The translations under genes and the position numbers were made by a program. A stretch of DNA of 24,000 nucleotides from Promethearchaeum syntrophicum (GTDB lineage: Archaea; Asgardarchaeota; Lokiarchaeia; Sigyniarchaeales; Promethearchaeaceae). The notes under the pieces are model-generated. The model saw only the letters and a list, made by a program, of their open reading frames with translations. It was not told the DNA's origin and did not search any database. The DNA lies in assembly GCF_008000775.2 (NCBI RefSeq), contig NZ_CP042905.2:3625723-3649722 (forward strand), written 5' to 3'. The number at the start of each line of letters is the position of its first letter. Position 1 is the first letter of the stretch. This document shows, one piece after another, positions 1 to 7,418 of the stretch.

Positions 1-1
1 A

Positions 2-796
2 ATAATTTGTCAAGTTTATAAGCATAATCTTCAAAAAGCCGAAGAATATTACAAAAAAGCCTATGATATCACCAAAAATAACCCAGATTTAGGTCTTCGA
101 GACATGATGATTTATAATATGGCTAATATCTACCAACATTATAAAGGGGATTATCTAATCGCTTACCCCTATTATAAAGAAGGGGCAGAAAATGCCCATA
201 AACAAAATAATCCCATTAGAGAAGCCTTTTTCGTGGATCATATGGCAATGAGTATGCATTGGCAGGAAAAATATGATGAAGCTCTAAAATTATTATACCA
301 ATCTCGAAAAATTGTTGCTCATGAAGCACGAGGTGATCACACACTTTATAATAGAATGTTGGAATCCTTAATTTTTCTTGAATTACATCAATTTTCCAAA
401 GCGTTACAAGGAATGTTGAGTGTTATTGACATTAAAATCATGAATAAAGACGGTTTTACTCACAACGATTATTTGTTATGTTTATCTGATATTGCACGAG
501 AATTACCGGCAGAATTTGAGAAATATCAAGAGAAATTAAAACCTATATTAGAAGATAGTTTTACAGAAGAAGAAATTATTGATAAAGCGGTTGCATTTGC
601 AGAAACTAATGGAAGAGCAGATATCGTAGGAAAATCATGCTTATATAAAGCCAAATGGTTATGGAAAAATGAACAACATGAGGATGCTAAGAAATTACTC
701 AAAAAAGGTTGGAAAATTATTCACGAAGATTATCGAGGTGAAATAGTTCAATTATACAATAAATTTATAAACCAAAATCAGATAATTTTAGATTAG
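2..796 (+). CDS. TPR-like helical-repeat protein, 5' end off the window
   Basis: The frame of the 104..796 ORF stays open back to base 2 (IICQVYKHNLQKAEEYYKKAYDITKNNPDLGLRD...), so the gene starts upstream of the window. Recurrent A/Y/L-rich helical pairs (AEEYYKKAYDI, YPYYKEGAENA, YDEALKLLYQS) resemble TPR repeats. Confidence 0.55.
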   Translation: MICQVYKHNLQKAEEYYKKAYDITKNNPDLGLRDMMIYNMANIYQHYKGDYLIAYPYYKEGAENAHKQNNPIREAFFVDHMAMSMHWQEKYDEALKLLYQSRKIVAHEARGDHTLYNRMLESLIFLELHQFSKALQGMLSVIDIKIMNKDGFTHNDYLLCLSDIARELPAEFEKYQEKLKPILEDSFTEEEIIDKAVAFAETNGRADIVGKSCLYKAKWLWKNEQHEDAKKLLKKGWKIIHEDYRGEIVQLYNKFINQNQIILD

Positions 797-841
797 ATTT
801 ACAGAATCATACAGCAATTAAAGAAAAAAAGAATTTCCAAC

Positions 842-1267
842 TTAAACTCGTGTGTTTTTGATTTCATAACCACAATGACTACAAAAATAAACGGACAAAT
901 TTTCTATATTTCTATCTATCTCACTTCCACATTGTAGACAGTATTTCTGATTTCTTCGTATTGTGGTTGGTTTTGGTTCTGAAGGAGATTGTGCCCTTCT
1001 TTGTACGTAATGTTGTGTTCTCCCCCTAGATCGAGCCCTAGAAGCCGAAGAAATTGCCCCTATCACACTTATCATAATTATTACCAAATATATCATAGGA
1101 AAACTAAAAACACTCGACCTACCAATGAAGAAGAATATTCCGAGAAAGAATAATATACTCGTTATAGAAGATATAATCAAAAAATTTCTTTGCCTTGGTT
1201 GAGAATTTCCATCATTTTCATTTTCTTCCTGATTTTGGGAAGCTATAATCGGTGTCATCCATGCCAT
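842..1267 (-). CDS. small membrane protein with a C-terminal zinc ribbon
   Basis: 141 aa. The N-terminus MAWMTPIIASQNQEE matches the N-termini of the two large paralogs. Two hydrophobic helices follow (FLIISSITSILFFLGIFFFIG, FPMIYLVIIMISVIGAISSA), then an Arg-rich linker and CLQC-x15-CSHC (CxxC...CxxC). Met4 (1258) is an alternative start. Confidence 0.6.
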   Translation of the reverse strand: MAWMTPIIASQNQEENENDGNSQPRQRNFLIISSITSILFFLGIFFFIGRSSVFSFPMIYLVIIMISVIGAISSASRARSRGRTQHYVQRRAQSPSEPKPTTIRRNQKYCLQCGSEIDRNIENLSVYFCSHCGYEIKNTRV

Positions 1268-1325
1268 TATAATTTAAATAAGCGAATTTAGGAATAAAAA
1301 AAAAATCCATAATATTCTAGTACTA

Positions 1326-1354
1326 CCATATGCAACCATATGAAAGGTCCATAT
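1326..1354. promoter_or_regulatory. phased CCATATG repeat array in the divergent promoter region
   Basis: CCATATG at 1326-1332 and 1336-1342 (10-bp spacing), with a degenerate CCATAT at 1349-1354. The array lies between the divergent 842..1267(-) and 1387..2073(+) genes. In minus sense it sits just upstream of AATATTAT, about 49 nt before the ATG. Confidence 0.5.
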
Positions 1355-1386
1355 TAAAAATTAAATAAGAATTCAAATGAACTTAA

Positions 1387-2073
1387 GTGATAACGATGAA
1401 CTTAGGATTTGTAAGATTTAAAAGGAAAAAATACAGGGTAAAACGTGCTAATGATTTTATTACCGGTAAAAAGAGTAGATTTCTAACAATAACTAATAAA
1501 AAAATCGAAGATATTTCTGAAATCGAAGGTTTAGATAAATTAACCGAACTCCAAGTGTTAAATTTAAGTAATAATAACATTTCCGAAATTCGTGGGCTGG
1601 ATTCATTGATAAATTTGCATTCACTGATACTAGATGATAACTCTATTCATCAATTAAAAGGATTAGAACATAATTACAAGCTAAAATATTTATCCATCAA
1701 TAAGAATAAATTAAGGGAAATTACTGGTCTTGAAAATCTAACCCAATTGCTTTATTTACAATTAATGGACAATGAAATTTCAGCGATCTCAGGGTTAGAG
1801 ACTTTGATTAATTTACAGGAATTATATTTGCGTAAAAATCATATTTCTAAAATCAGAGGCTTAGAAAAAGTAAGGTCACTCAAAAAATTAAATTTAGAGA
1901 AAAATCAAATTCAAGATCTTGAGGGATTAGAGAATTTGGAAAATCTATTTTGGATTTTTTTGGGAAAAAATCCGGTTTTTAAAGAAGTAAAGAAGATTAG
2001 TAGAACATTTTTGGGATATGCTAAATATCCCCAACGACTTGTGAAATACTGTAAAGACAATCTTCAAAATTGA
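1387..2073 (+). CDS. leucine-rich repeat protein, SDS22-like 22-residue repeats
   Basis: About 7 tandem 22-aa units of the form LxxLxxLxLxxNxIxxIxGLExL (for example LTELQVLNLSNNNISEIRGLDS, LINLQELYLRKNHISKIRGLEK). The track start is GTG at 1387; the first ATG is at 1396. Confidence 0.85.
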   Translation: MITMNLGFVRFKRKKYRVKRANDFITGKKSRFLTITNKKIEDISEIEGLDKLTELQVLNLSNNNISEIRGLDSLINLHSLILDDNSIHQLKGLEHNYKLKYLSINKNKLREITGLENLTQLLYLQLMDNEISAISGLETLINLQELYLRKNHISKIRGLEKVRSLKKLNLEKNQIQDLEGLENLENLFWIFLGKNPVFKEVKKISRTFLGYAKYPQRLVKYCKDNLQN

Positions 2074-2092
2074 AACTGAGAATAATTGAAAG

Positions 2093-2120
2093 ATCCCATA
2101 ATTCTTTGGGATTTTCTTTA
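2093..2120 (+). terminator. hairpin plus T-rich tract downstream of the LRR gene
   Basis: ATCCCA (2093-2098) pairs with TGGGAT (2107-2112) and is followed by TTTTCTTT, 20 nt after the LRR stop codon. Confidence 0.35.
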
Positions 2121-2316
2121 CTACTTTCTTCCAGAACTCACAATATTTCTTTTTCGAAATTCATGTTCACTAATTTCACCTTAGTGGAAATAAAATCTAT
2201 CAAAATCCGAACGATTTTAAATCCCATAAAATCCACGAGAATACACATATTCTTATTCATAAATGAGAGTATATCCTTGAATCAACCATATATTATCAAA
2301 ATATAAGCCAAAAGTG

Positions 2317-2342
2317 AAAAAATAACCGATATATTCTCGGTT
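2317..2342 (-). terminator. hairpin plus T6 tract downstream of paralog A
   Basis: In gene sense: AACCGA gaatata TCGGTT A TTTTTT. Stem arms are at 2324-2329 and 2337-2342; the A6 run on the plus strand is at 2317-2322. It lies about 70-95 nt after the stop at 2411. Confidence 0.45.
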
Positions 2343-2410
2343 AGTGGTCATCTGAACCTAAATGTTGATGACCATAACATTGGGTTGATTACTTTTATTT
2401 GAAAAAAATA

Positions 2411-3940
2411 TTATTCTTCGACTAAATTTTTCTTTTTGTTTCTATATTCTCTAAACCACGGAATTGCTAATGTGATGGATGTCAAGATCCCCATAAAAAC
2501 AAGATAAAATTGTTGAAATAGTATGTATTTATTAAATTCACCAAAATACATATCTGGGATATTTTCATAAGTCCAATTGCTCAGTACTCTAATTAATATA
2601 TTTGGAATGAATACAAATACATTTAGAAGCAGTGCTCCCAAATAAATATTTTTCTTGAATTTGTGTTCTATGAAAAGCAATCCGAAATTAATGATTCCAA
2701 GTATTATTATTGAGATCGTATAAAATGACCACCCATACATCCAAGACGGAATAATTCCAATTAACTCAATAAAATATATCATTTTGAGATAATTGTCATC
2801 GTTACTCAGTTCTTCTTTTAAATTACTTGAATTTATGAACAATTGAATCAAAGCCATAACTTGGAACATAATAAACACTATCCCACTAAAACTAAAAAGG
2901 ATAGTAAGTTCTGCCCACCTGAAAGGAAAATAAAAAACAAAATCAGATATAGCAAATAAGCTTCCCGAAATAAATATTCCATAGAGAATTAATGGTAAAT
3001 TAATTTTAATTTTGGATGCATTTCTATATTTTACAACGATGACACCAATCACTGCACTTAATATGGTAATAATTAGAAATTGTGTGATAAAACTATAACC
3101 AACAAAAACGGACACAAAATTTCCTACAGTAAAATAGAAAGTGAAGAATAAAAGATTCAATTGATCTTTTTTAGATCCCGAAAGAAGGGAAACTCCAATT
3201 CCCAAACAACTGACTATGAATATCACCAAAAATAAAGCTTGAGGACTTTCTACAATTTTTGTCCCGAGATCAGTTTCTCTCCAATAAGTAAAAGAGAGGA
3301 TTCCCAGAAAACAAAGATATTGAATACCAAATAAAATTACATTTTTACCTTTCTCTTGATCACGGGGTTTAAGGGACAGCCAAATAGAAATTATTGCAAT
3401 AATGATGCTAATTGATAACAGAACATAAAAAATAATTTCGAAGGTATGATTGTATCCCCAAAGAATTCCTACAAGATGTGAAGTGAAAATTAGAATGATA
3501 TCCAGAATTATTATTAGGATAGAAAAAATCATTGAAAACTTAATCTCCTTTCCAGCAACCGAGATGCGATATAAACTTGGTTCGGAGGATTTTTCACTTG
3601 TATCTTCCGCATTCATTCCTGATTTAATTTGAATATTTTTTTGTTCCTTTTTATTTATTCCAATGAGAAACACTATAAGAATTAAAATCAGGGTGACTGC
3701 CATTATAAAAGGAATAAAATCAGCTTGGAAAAAATCAGAGAAAAAATTTGAAATTATTCCCGAAATTGAATCAATTCCCATTGTACTTCCTAAATTATTC
3801 AATTTTACTGTAAGGTATGCAAAAAAAACATAGGGAATAAATATCATCAATAAAAATTGTAAATTTTTCTTAAATTGGATTCTATTTTTTCCTTTTTCTT
3901 CCTGAGTTTGGGAAGCCAGTATGGGTGCTTTCGACGCCAT
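2411..3940 (-). CDS. polytopic membrane protein of unknown family, paralog A
   Basis: Long ORF with more than 12 hydrophobic segments and no motif I recognise. The track start at 3964 is a TTG. ATG at 3940 (MASKAPILASQTQEE...) is preferred because it aligns with the start of the 842..1267 protein and lies about 46 nt after an AATATAAA element. Confidence 0.8.
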   Translation of the reverse strand: MASKAPILASQTQEEKGKNRIQFKKNLQFLLMIFIPYVFFAYLTVKLNNLGSTMGIDSISGIISNFFSDFFQADFIPFIMAVTLILILIVFLIGINKKEQKNIQIKSGMNAEDTSEKSSEPSLYRISVAGKEIKFSMIFSILIIILDIILIFTSHLVGILWGYNHTFEIIFYVLLSISIIIAIISIWLSLKPRDQEKGKNVILFGIQYLCFLGILSFTYWRETDLGTKIVESPQALFLVIFIVSCLGIGVSLLSGSKKDQLNLLFFTFYFTVGNFVSVFVGYSFITQFLIITILSAVIGVIVVKYRNASKIKINLPLILYGIFISGSLFAISDFVFYFPFRWAELTILFSFSGIVFIMFQVMALIQLFINSSNLKEELSNDDNYLKMIYFIELIGIIPSWMYGWSFYTISIIILGIINFGLLFIEHKFKKNIYLGALLLNVFVFIPNILIRVLSNWTYENIPDMYFGEFNKYILFQQFYLVFMGILTSITLAIPWFREYRNKKKNLVEE

Positions 3941-3986
3941 AAATGTATTAAATGAAAACGACAATATAGTTAGATCCCTTTATATT

Positions 3987-4022
3987 CATATGACACCATA
4001 TGATACCATATGATGCCTTATG
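3987..4022. promoter_or_regulatory. four CATATG-type repeats at exact 10-bp spacing upstream of paralog A
   Basis: CATATG at 3987, 3997 and 4007, and CTTATG at 4017. In gene sense the array directly abuts AATATAAA (complement of about 3978-3985). Confidence 0.55.
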
Positions 4023-4140
4023 ATTTTTCATTGATTTTTTCAATTTTATTTTTATGAAATTCCTTCTTGGTTTTTTCTGCTAAATGGGGGGAGAATAAAT
4101 GGTAAAGCTATCCAATAGAATGGAATAAGACACAGTTCAA
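4017..4140 (-). pseudogene. decayed copy of the MFS transporter 3' end
   Basis: Aligns with 5979-6101, the true C-terminal codons of the MFS gene. An extra G in the G-run at 4086-4091 (GGGGGG, versus GGGGG in the functional copy) shifts the frame, and nothing homologous lies upstream. Confidence 0.75.
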
Positions 4141-4215
4141 CAAGCAAAGAAGATTAGCAGAATCTTCATGGGATTTCCTAAATATCCTTAAAGACTTGTG
4201 AAATATTGTAGAACC
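4141..4215 (+). pseudogene. decayed copy of the LRR gene 3' end
   Basis: Aligns with about 1983-2058 (AKKISRIFMGFPKYP*RLVKYC versus VKKISRTFLGYAKYPQRLVKYC). CAA has become TAA, giving an in-frame stop. It starts exactly where MFS homology ends, which marks the duplication junction. Confidence 0.7.
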
Positions 4216-4279
4216 AAAGCACATTATGAATGAATGTGGTTAAATCAACAAGAAATTATCATCCCATAAGCAAAAAGTG

Positions 4280-4303
4280 AAAAAAAACCGAGTTATTCTC
4301 GGT
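4280..4303 (-). terminator. hairpin plus T8 tract downstream of paralog B
   Basis: ACCGAG (4287-4292) pairs with CTCGGT (4298-4303). In gene sense the hairpin is followed by T8 (plus-strand A-run 4280-4287). It is the positional homolog of 2317-2342. Confidence 0.45.
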
Positions 4304-4374
4304 CAGTGGTCATCTGGACCTCAAAGCAGATGATCATAGCATCGGGTTAATTACTTCTATCTGTAAAAAAAATA

Positions 4375-5901
4375 TTATTCTTCGACTAGATTTTTCTTTT
4401 TGTTTCTATATTCTTTAAACCACGGAATTGCTAATGTGATGGATGTCAAAATCCCCATAATAACAATATAAAATGGTTGATATTCTACGTATTCGTATCC
4501 ACTAAGGTCACTTTCATAGATCCAATTGCTCAATAATATAATTAATATATTTGTAATGAATACAATTAAATTAAGAAGCAACGCTCCCAAATTAATATTT
4601 TTCTTGAATTTATGTTCCGTGAAAAGTAATCCGAAATTAAGGATTCCGAGTATTATTATTGAGATCGTATAAATTGACCACCCTTCCATCCAAGACGGAA
4701 AAATTCCAATTAACTCAATAAAATATAACATTTTAAGATAATTGTCATCGTTACTCAGTTCTTCTTTTAAATTACTTGAATTTATGAACAATTGAATCAA
4801 AGCCATAGCTTGGAACACAATAAACACAATCCCAATAAAAATAAAATGGATGGTAAGTTCTGCACTCCTGAAAGAACTTCCTAAAATAAATTCATAGATA
4901 GCAAAAGAGCTTCCCGAAATAATTAATCCATAGAGAATTAGCGGTAAATTAATTTTAATTTTGGAATTATTTTTATACTTAATAACAATGAAACCAATCA
5001 CTGCACTTAATATGCTAAAAATTAGAAATTGTTTAATATACAGTAAACCGGCATTATATCCAAAAACGGACACAAAATTTCCTACTGTAAAATAGAAACT
5101 GAAGAATAAAATATTCAATTGATCTTTCTTAGATCCCGAAAGAAGGGAAACTCCAATTCCCAGACAACTGACTACAAATATCACCAAAAATAATAATTGA
5201 GGACTTTCTACTATTTTTATTCCATTACCGAAACCAGTTTCACTCCAATAAGTTAAAGAGAGAATTACCAGAAAACAAAGATATTGAATTCCAAATAAAA
5301 TTAAATTTTTACCTTTCTCTTGCTCACGGGGTTTAAGAGAGAGCCAAATAGAAATTATTGCAATAATGATGCTAATTGATAGCAGAATATAAAAAATAAT
5401 TTCGGAAGTTTGATTATATCCCCAAAGAATTCCTACAAGATGTGCAGTGAACATTAGAATGATATCCAGAATCAATATTATTATAGAAAAAATCAGCGAA
5501 AACTTAATCTCCTTTCCAGCAACCGAGATGCGATATAAAATTGGTTCGGCGGATTTTTCACTTGTTTCTTCCGCCTTCATTCCCGATTTAAATTGATTTT
5601 TTTTATGTTCCTTTTTACTTATTACAATGATAAACGCTATAAGAATTAAAATCATGGTGACTGCAATTATATAAGGAAGGAAATCAGCTTGGAAAATATC
5701 AGAGAAAAATCTTGAAATAATTTCCCAAAATGAATCAACTCCCAGTCTATATCCTATATATTTCAATTTTAATGAGAAGTATGCTAGAAAAACATAGGGA
5801 ATAAATATCATCAAAAAAATGTGTAAATTGTTCTTAAATTGAATTTTTGTTTCATTTTCTTCCGAAGTGTGGGAAGCCAGTATGGGTGCTTTCGACGCCA
5901 T
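4375..5901 (-). CDS. polytopic membrane protein of unknown family, paralog B
   Basis: Collinear with paralog A; roughly three quarters of residues look identical by eye, and differences cluster in predicted loops. ATG at 5901 (MASKAPILASHTSEE...) is preferred over the track's TTG at 5925. Confidence 0.8.
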   Translation of the reverse strand: MASKAPILASHTSEENETKIQFKNNLHIFLMIFIPYVFLAYFSLKLKYIGYRLGVDSFWEIISRFFSDIFQADFLPYIIAVTMILILIAFIIVISKKEHKKNQFKSGMKAEETSEKSAEPILYRISVAGKEIKFSLIFSIIILILDIILMFTAHLVGILWGYNQTSEIIFYILLSISIIIAIISIWLSLKPREQEKGKNLILFGIQYLCFLVILSLTYWSETGFGNGIKIVESPQLLFLVIFVVSCLGIGVSLLSGSKKDQLNILFFSFYFTVGNFVSVFGYNAGLLYIKQFLIFSILSAVIGFIVIKYKNNSKIKINLPLILYGLIISGSSFAIYEFILGSSFRSAELTIHFIFIGIVFIVFQAMALIQLFINSSNLKEELSNDDNYLKMLYFIELIGIFPSWMEGWSIYTISIIILGILNFGLLFTEHKFKKNINLGALLLNLIVFITNILIILLSNWIYESDLSGYEYVEYQPFYIVIMGILTSITLAIPWFKEYRNKKKNLVEE

Positions 5902-5947
5902 AAATGTGATAAACGAAAACGACAATATAGTTAGATCCCTTCATATT

Positions 5948-5983
5948 CATATGATACCATATGTCACCATATGATGCCTTATG
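5948..5983. promoter_or_regulatory. four CATATG-type repeats at exact 10-bp spacing upstream of paralog B
   Basis: CATATG at 5948, 5958 and 5968, and CTTATG at 5978. The last unit overlaps the MFS stop codon (5979-5981). Confidence 0.55.
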
Positions 5984-7328
5984 ATTTTTCATTTGTTTTT
6001 TCTATTTTATCATTATGAAGTTCTTTCTTGGTTTTTTCTGCTAAATGGGGGAGAATAAAGGTTACAGCAATCCAATAGAAAGGGATTAGACATAACTCAA
6101 CATATATAGAAATCAGGAAGGGTGCTGTGGGATCAATTTTATCCCATGCTAAGCCGCCAAAAAGAGGTCCAGCAATATTACCAATATTAATGAATAATTT
6201 TTGAAGACCAAAGATTTTTCCTCTATTATTTATAGAAATCCTGCTAAGTAGATTTTGCACTGAGAGCCCAGCAACGGATGCAATAGTAGTATCTAGAGTC
6301 CACAGAATAGCAATCATTACTAATGAGTCTGTATTAAGGAAGAAATACGTAGTAATAGCCCCAAATACACTTGAAATTGTGATTGCTAATGCAGGATTAA
6401 ACCTATCAACAAAACTTCCAATTTTTGGAGCAAGAGTAAATGAAATAATACCACCGGGGAGATAAGCAAATAAGAGTGCATTTGGATTATTCGAAATATT
6501 GTCTAAAATATAGATTTGAATAAAGGGTTGAGCGATCGACCCATTTAAACTCGCTAAGAATAGAACAATTAATAGAAATACGAACCCTAAAATTAAAAAT
6601 TTTGATTGTGAATTTCCATTCTTTTGGAACAATTCCTCAGTGAATGAATCTGAATTTAGATTGTCTTTCCTAAATTTTATAGATTCATCAACATTTCGGA
6701 CAAATTGAGTACCGGCATACATATTTCCTAATCCAAAAAGAATCATTGGAGAGAAAAGCAAAAAGACTGGCCAATTTAGTCCAGTTCCAAATCCAAAAAG
6801 TGTAAACCCAATAAAGGATCCGATCATTACACCTTTTCCCATTTCCTGGTCTCGCTTACCGAAGGCATAACTCCTATTTTCTCTGTTTGATTTTTCTGAA
6901 ATCAGAGTGTCAAAGGGAATCCAAAAAAAACCAACCCCAAAACCTAGTGAAAATGTCCCTACACTAAGTAAAGTTAATGATTGTGCTAAGGTGGCTATGT
7001 AAATGATAAAATATGAGATTCCTCTACCCCAAGACCCAACTAATATTAATTTAGTTTTTGAGAATTTTGAATTATCAGTTAAGATCCCAACAAATAGAGA
7101 AGAAAACATATATCCAAATATTTGTACTGAAGCCAAAAATCCAATTTGAAATCCCGTTGCTGTTAATGTTTCGTTAGCAATATAAGGAACAAGAAATGTA
7201 ATATAGAACAGTCCTAAACTATTATAAAACACTATTTTTATCATTGAGTTAAAATCTTCAGTAGTTTTTGGAAGCGCCTTTCTGTCAGCTGTTGTTATTT
7301 CGTCTATAATTTTGGGTATATCGGTCAT
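5979..7328 (-). CDS. MFS-type transporter
   Basis: 449 aa, about 12 hydrophobic segments split 6+6 by a polar central loop (RNVDESIKFRKDNLNSDSFTEELFQKNGNSQSK). A motif-A-like stretch GILTDNSKFSKTK follows TM2. Confidence 0.65.
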   Translation of the reverse strand: MTDIPKIIDEITTADRKALPKTTEDFNSMIKIVFYNSLGLFYITFLVPYIANETLTATGFQIGFLASVQIFGYMFSSLFVGILTDNSKFSKTKLILVGSWGRGISYFIIYIATLAQSLTLLSVGTFSLGFGVGFFWIPFDTLISEKSNRENRSYAFGKRDQEMGKGVMIGSFIGFTLFGFGTGLNWPVFLLFSPMILFGLGNMYAGTQFVRNVDESIKFRKDNLNSDSFTEELFQKNGNSQSKFLILGFVFLLIVLFLASLNGSIAQPFIQIYILDNISNNPNALLFAYLPGGIISFTLAPKIGSFVDRFNPALAITISSVFGAITTYFFLNTDSLVMIAILWTLDTTIASVAGLSVQNLLSRISINNRGKIFGLQKLFINIGNIAGPLFGGLAWDKIDPTAPFLISIYVELCLIPFYWIAVTFILPHLAEKTKKELHNDKIEKTNEKS

Positions 7329-7418
7329 TGGTATTTCACGTTTCTTTTTAAAATCTCAATAATCACTATGAGGTTATGTCAATAGATAATACTTCAACGT
7401 AGTTACTGCCATTTGTTA

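Larger units (their letters stand above)
1983..4140. repeat. tandem segmental duplication, copy 1 (LRR 3' end, paralog A, promoter repeats, MFS-tail remnant)
   Basis: Collinear nucleotide similarity to 4141..6101 across the 3' flank hairpins, the whole membrane-protein gene, the CATATG array and about 120 nt of MFS 3' coding sequence. Copy 1 carries about 190 extra bp (roughly 2075-2260) that copy 2 lacks. Confidence 0.85.
4141..6101. repeat. tandem segmental duplication, copy 2
   Basis: See copy 1. This copy ends inside the intact MFS gene. Confidence 0.85.

Noticed and set aside
2070-2306. 78-aa ORF in the track between the LRR gene and paralog A
   Set aside because: It lies in spacer DNA that is largely deleted in the second duplication copy and overlaps the LRR terminator hairpin. 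It is low-complexity, with no start context or recognisable motif, so it is most likely non-coding.
3987-4022. CATATG repeat arrays as a mini-CRISPR or other repeat-spacer array
   Set aside because: The period is only 10 bp with 4-nt spacers and 3-4 units per array. The arrays sit in promoters, and no cas genes or leader are present. That is not CRISPR-like.
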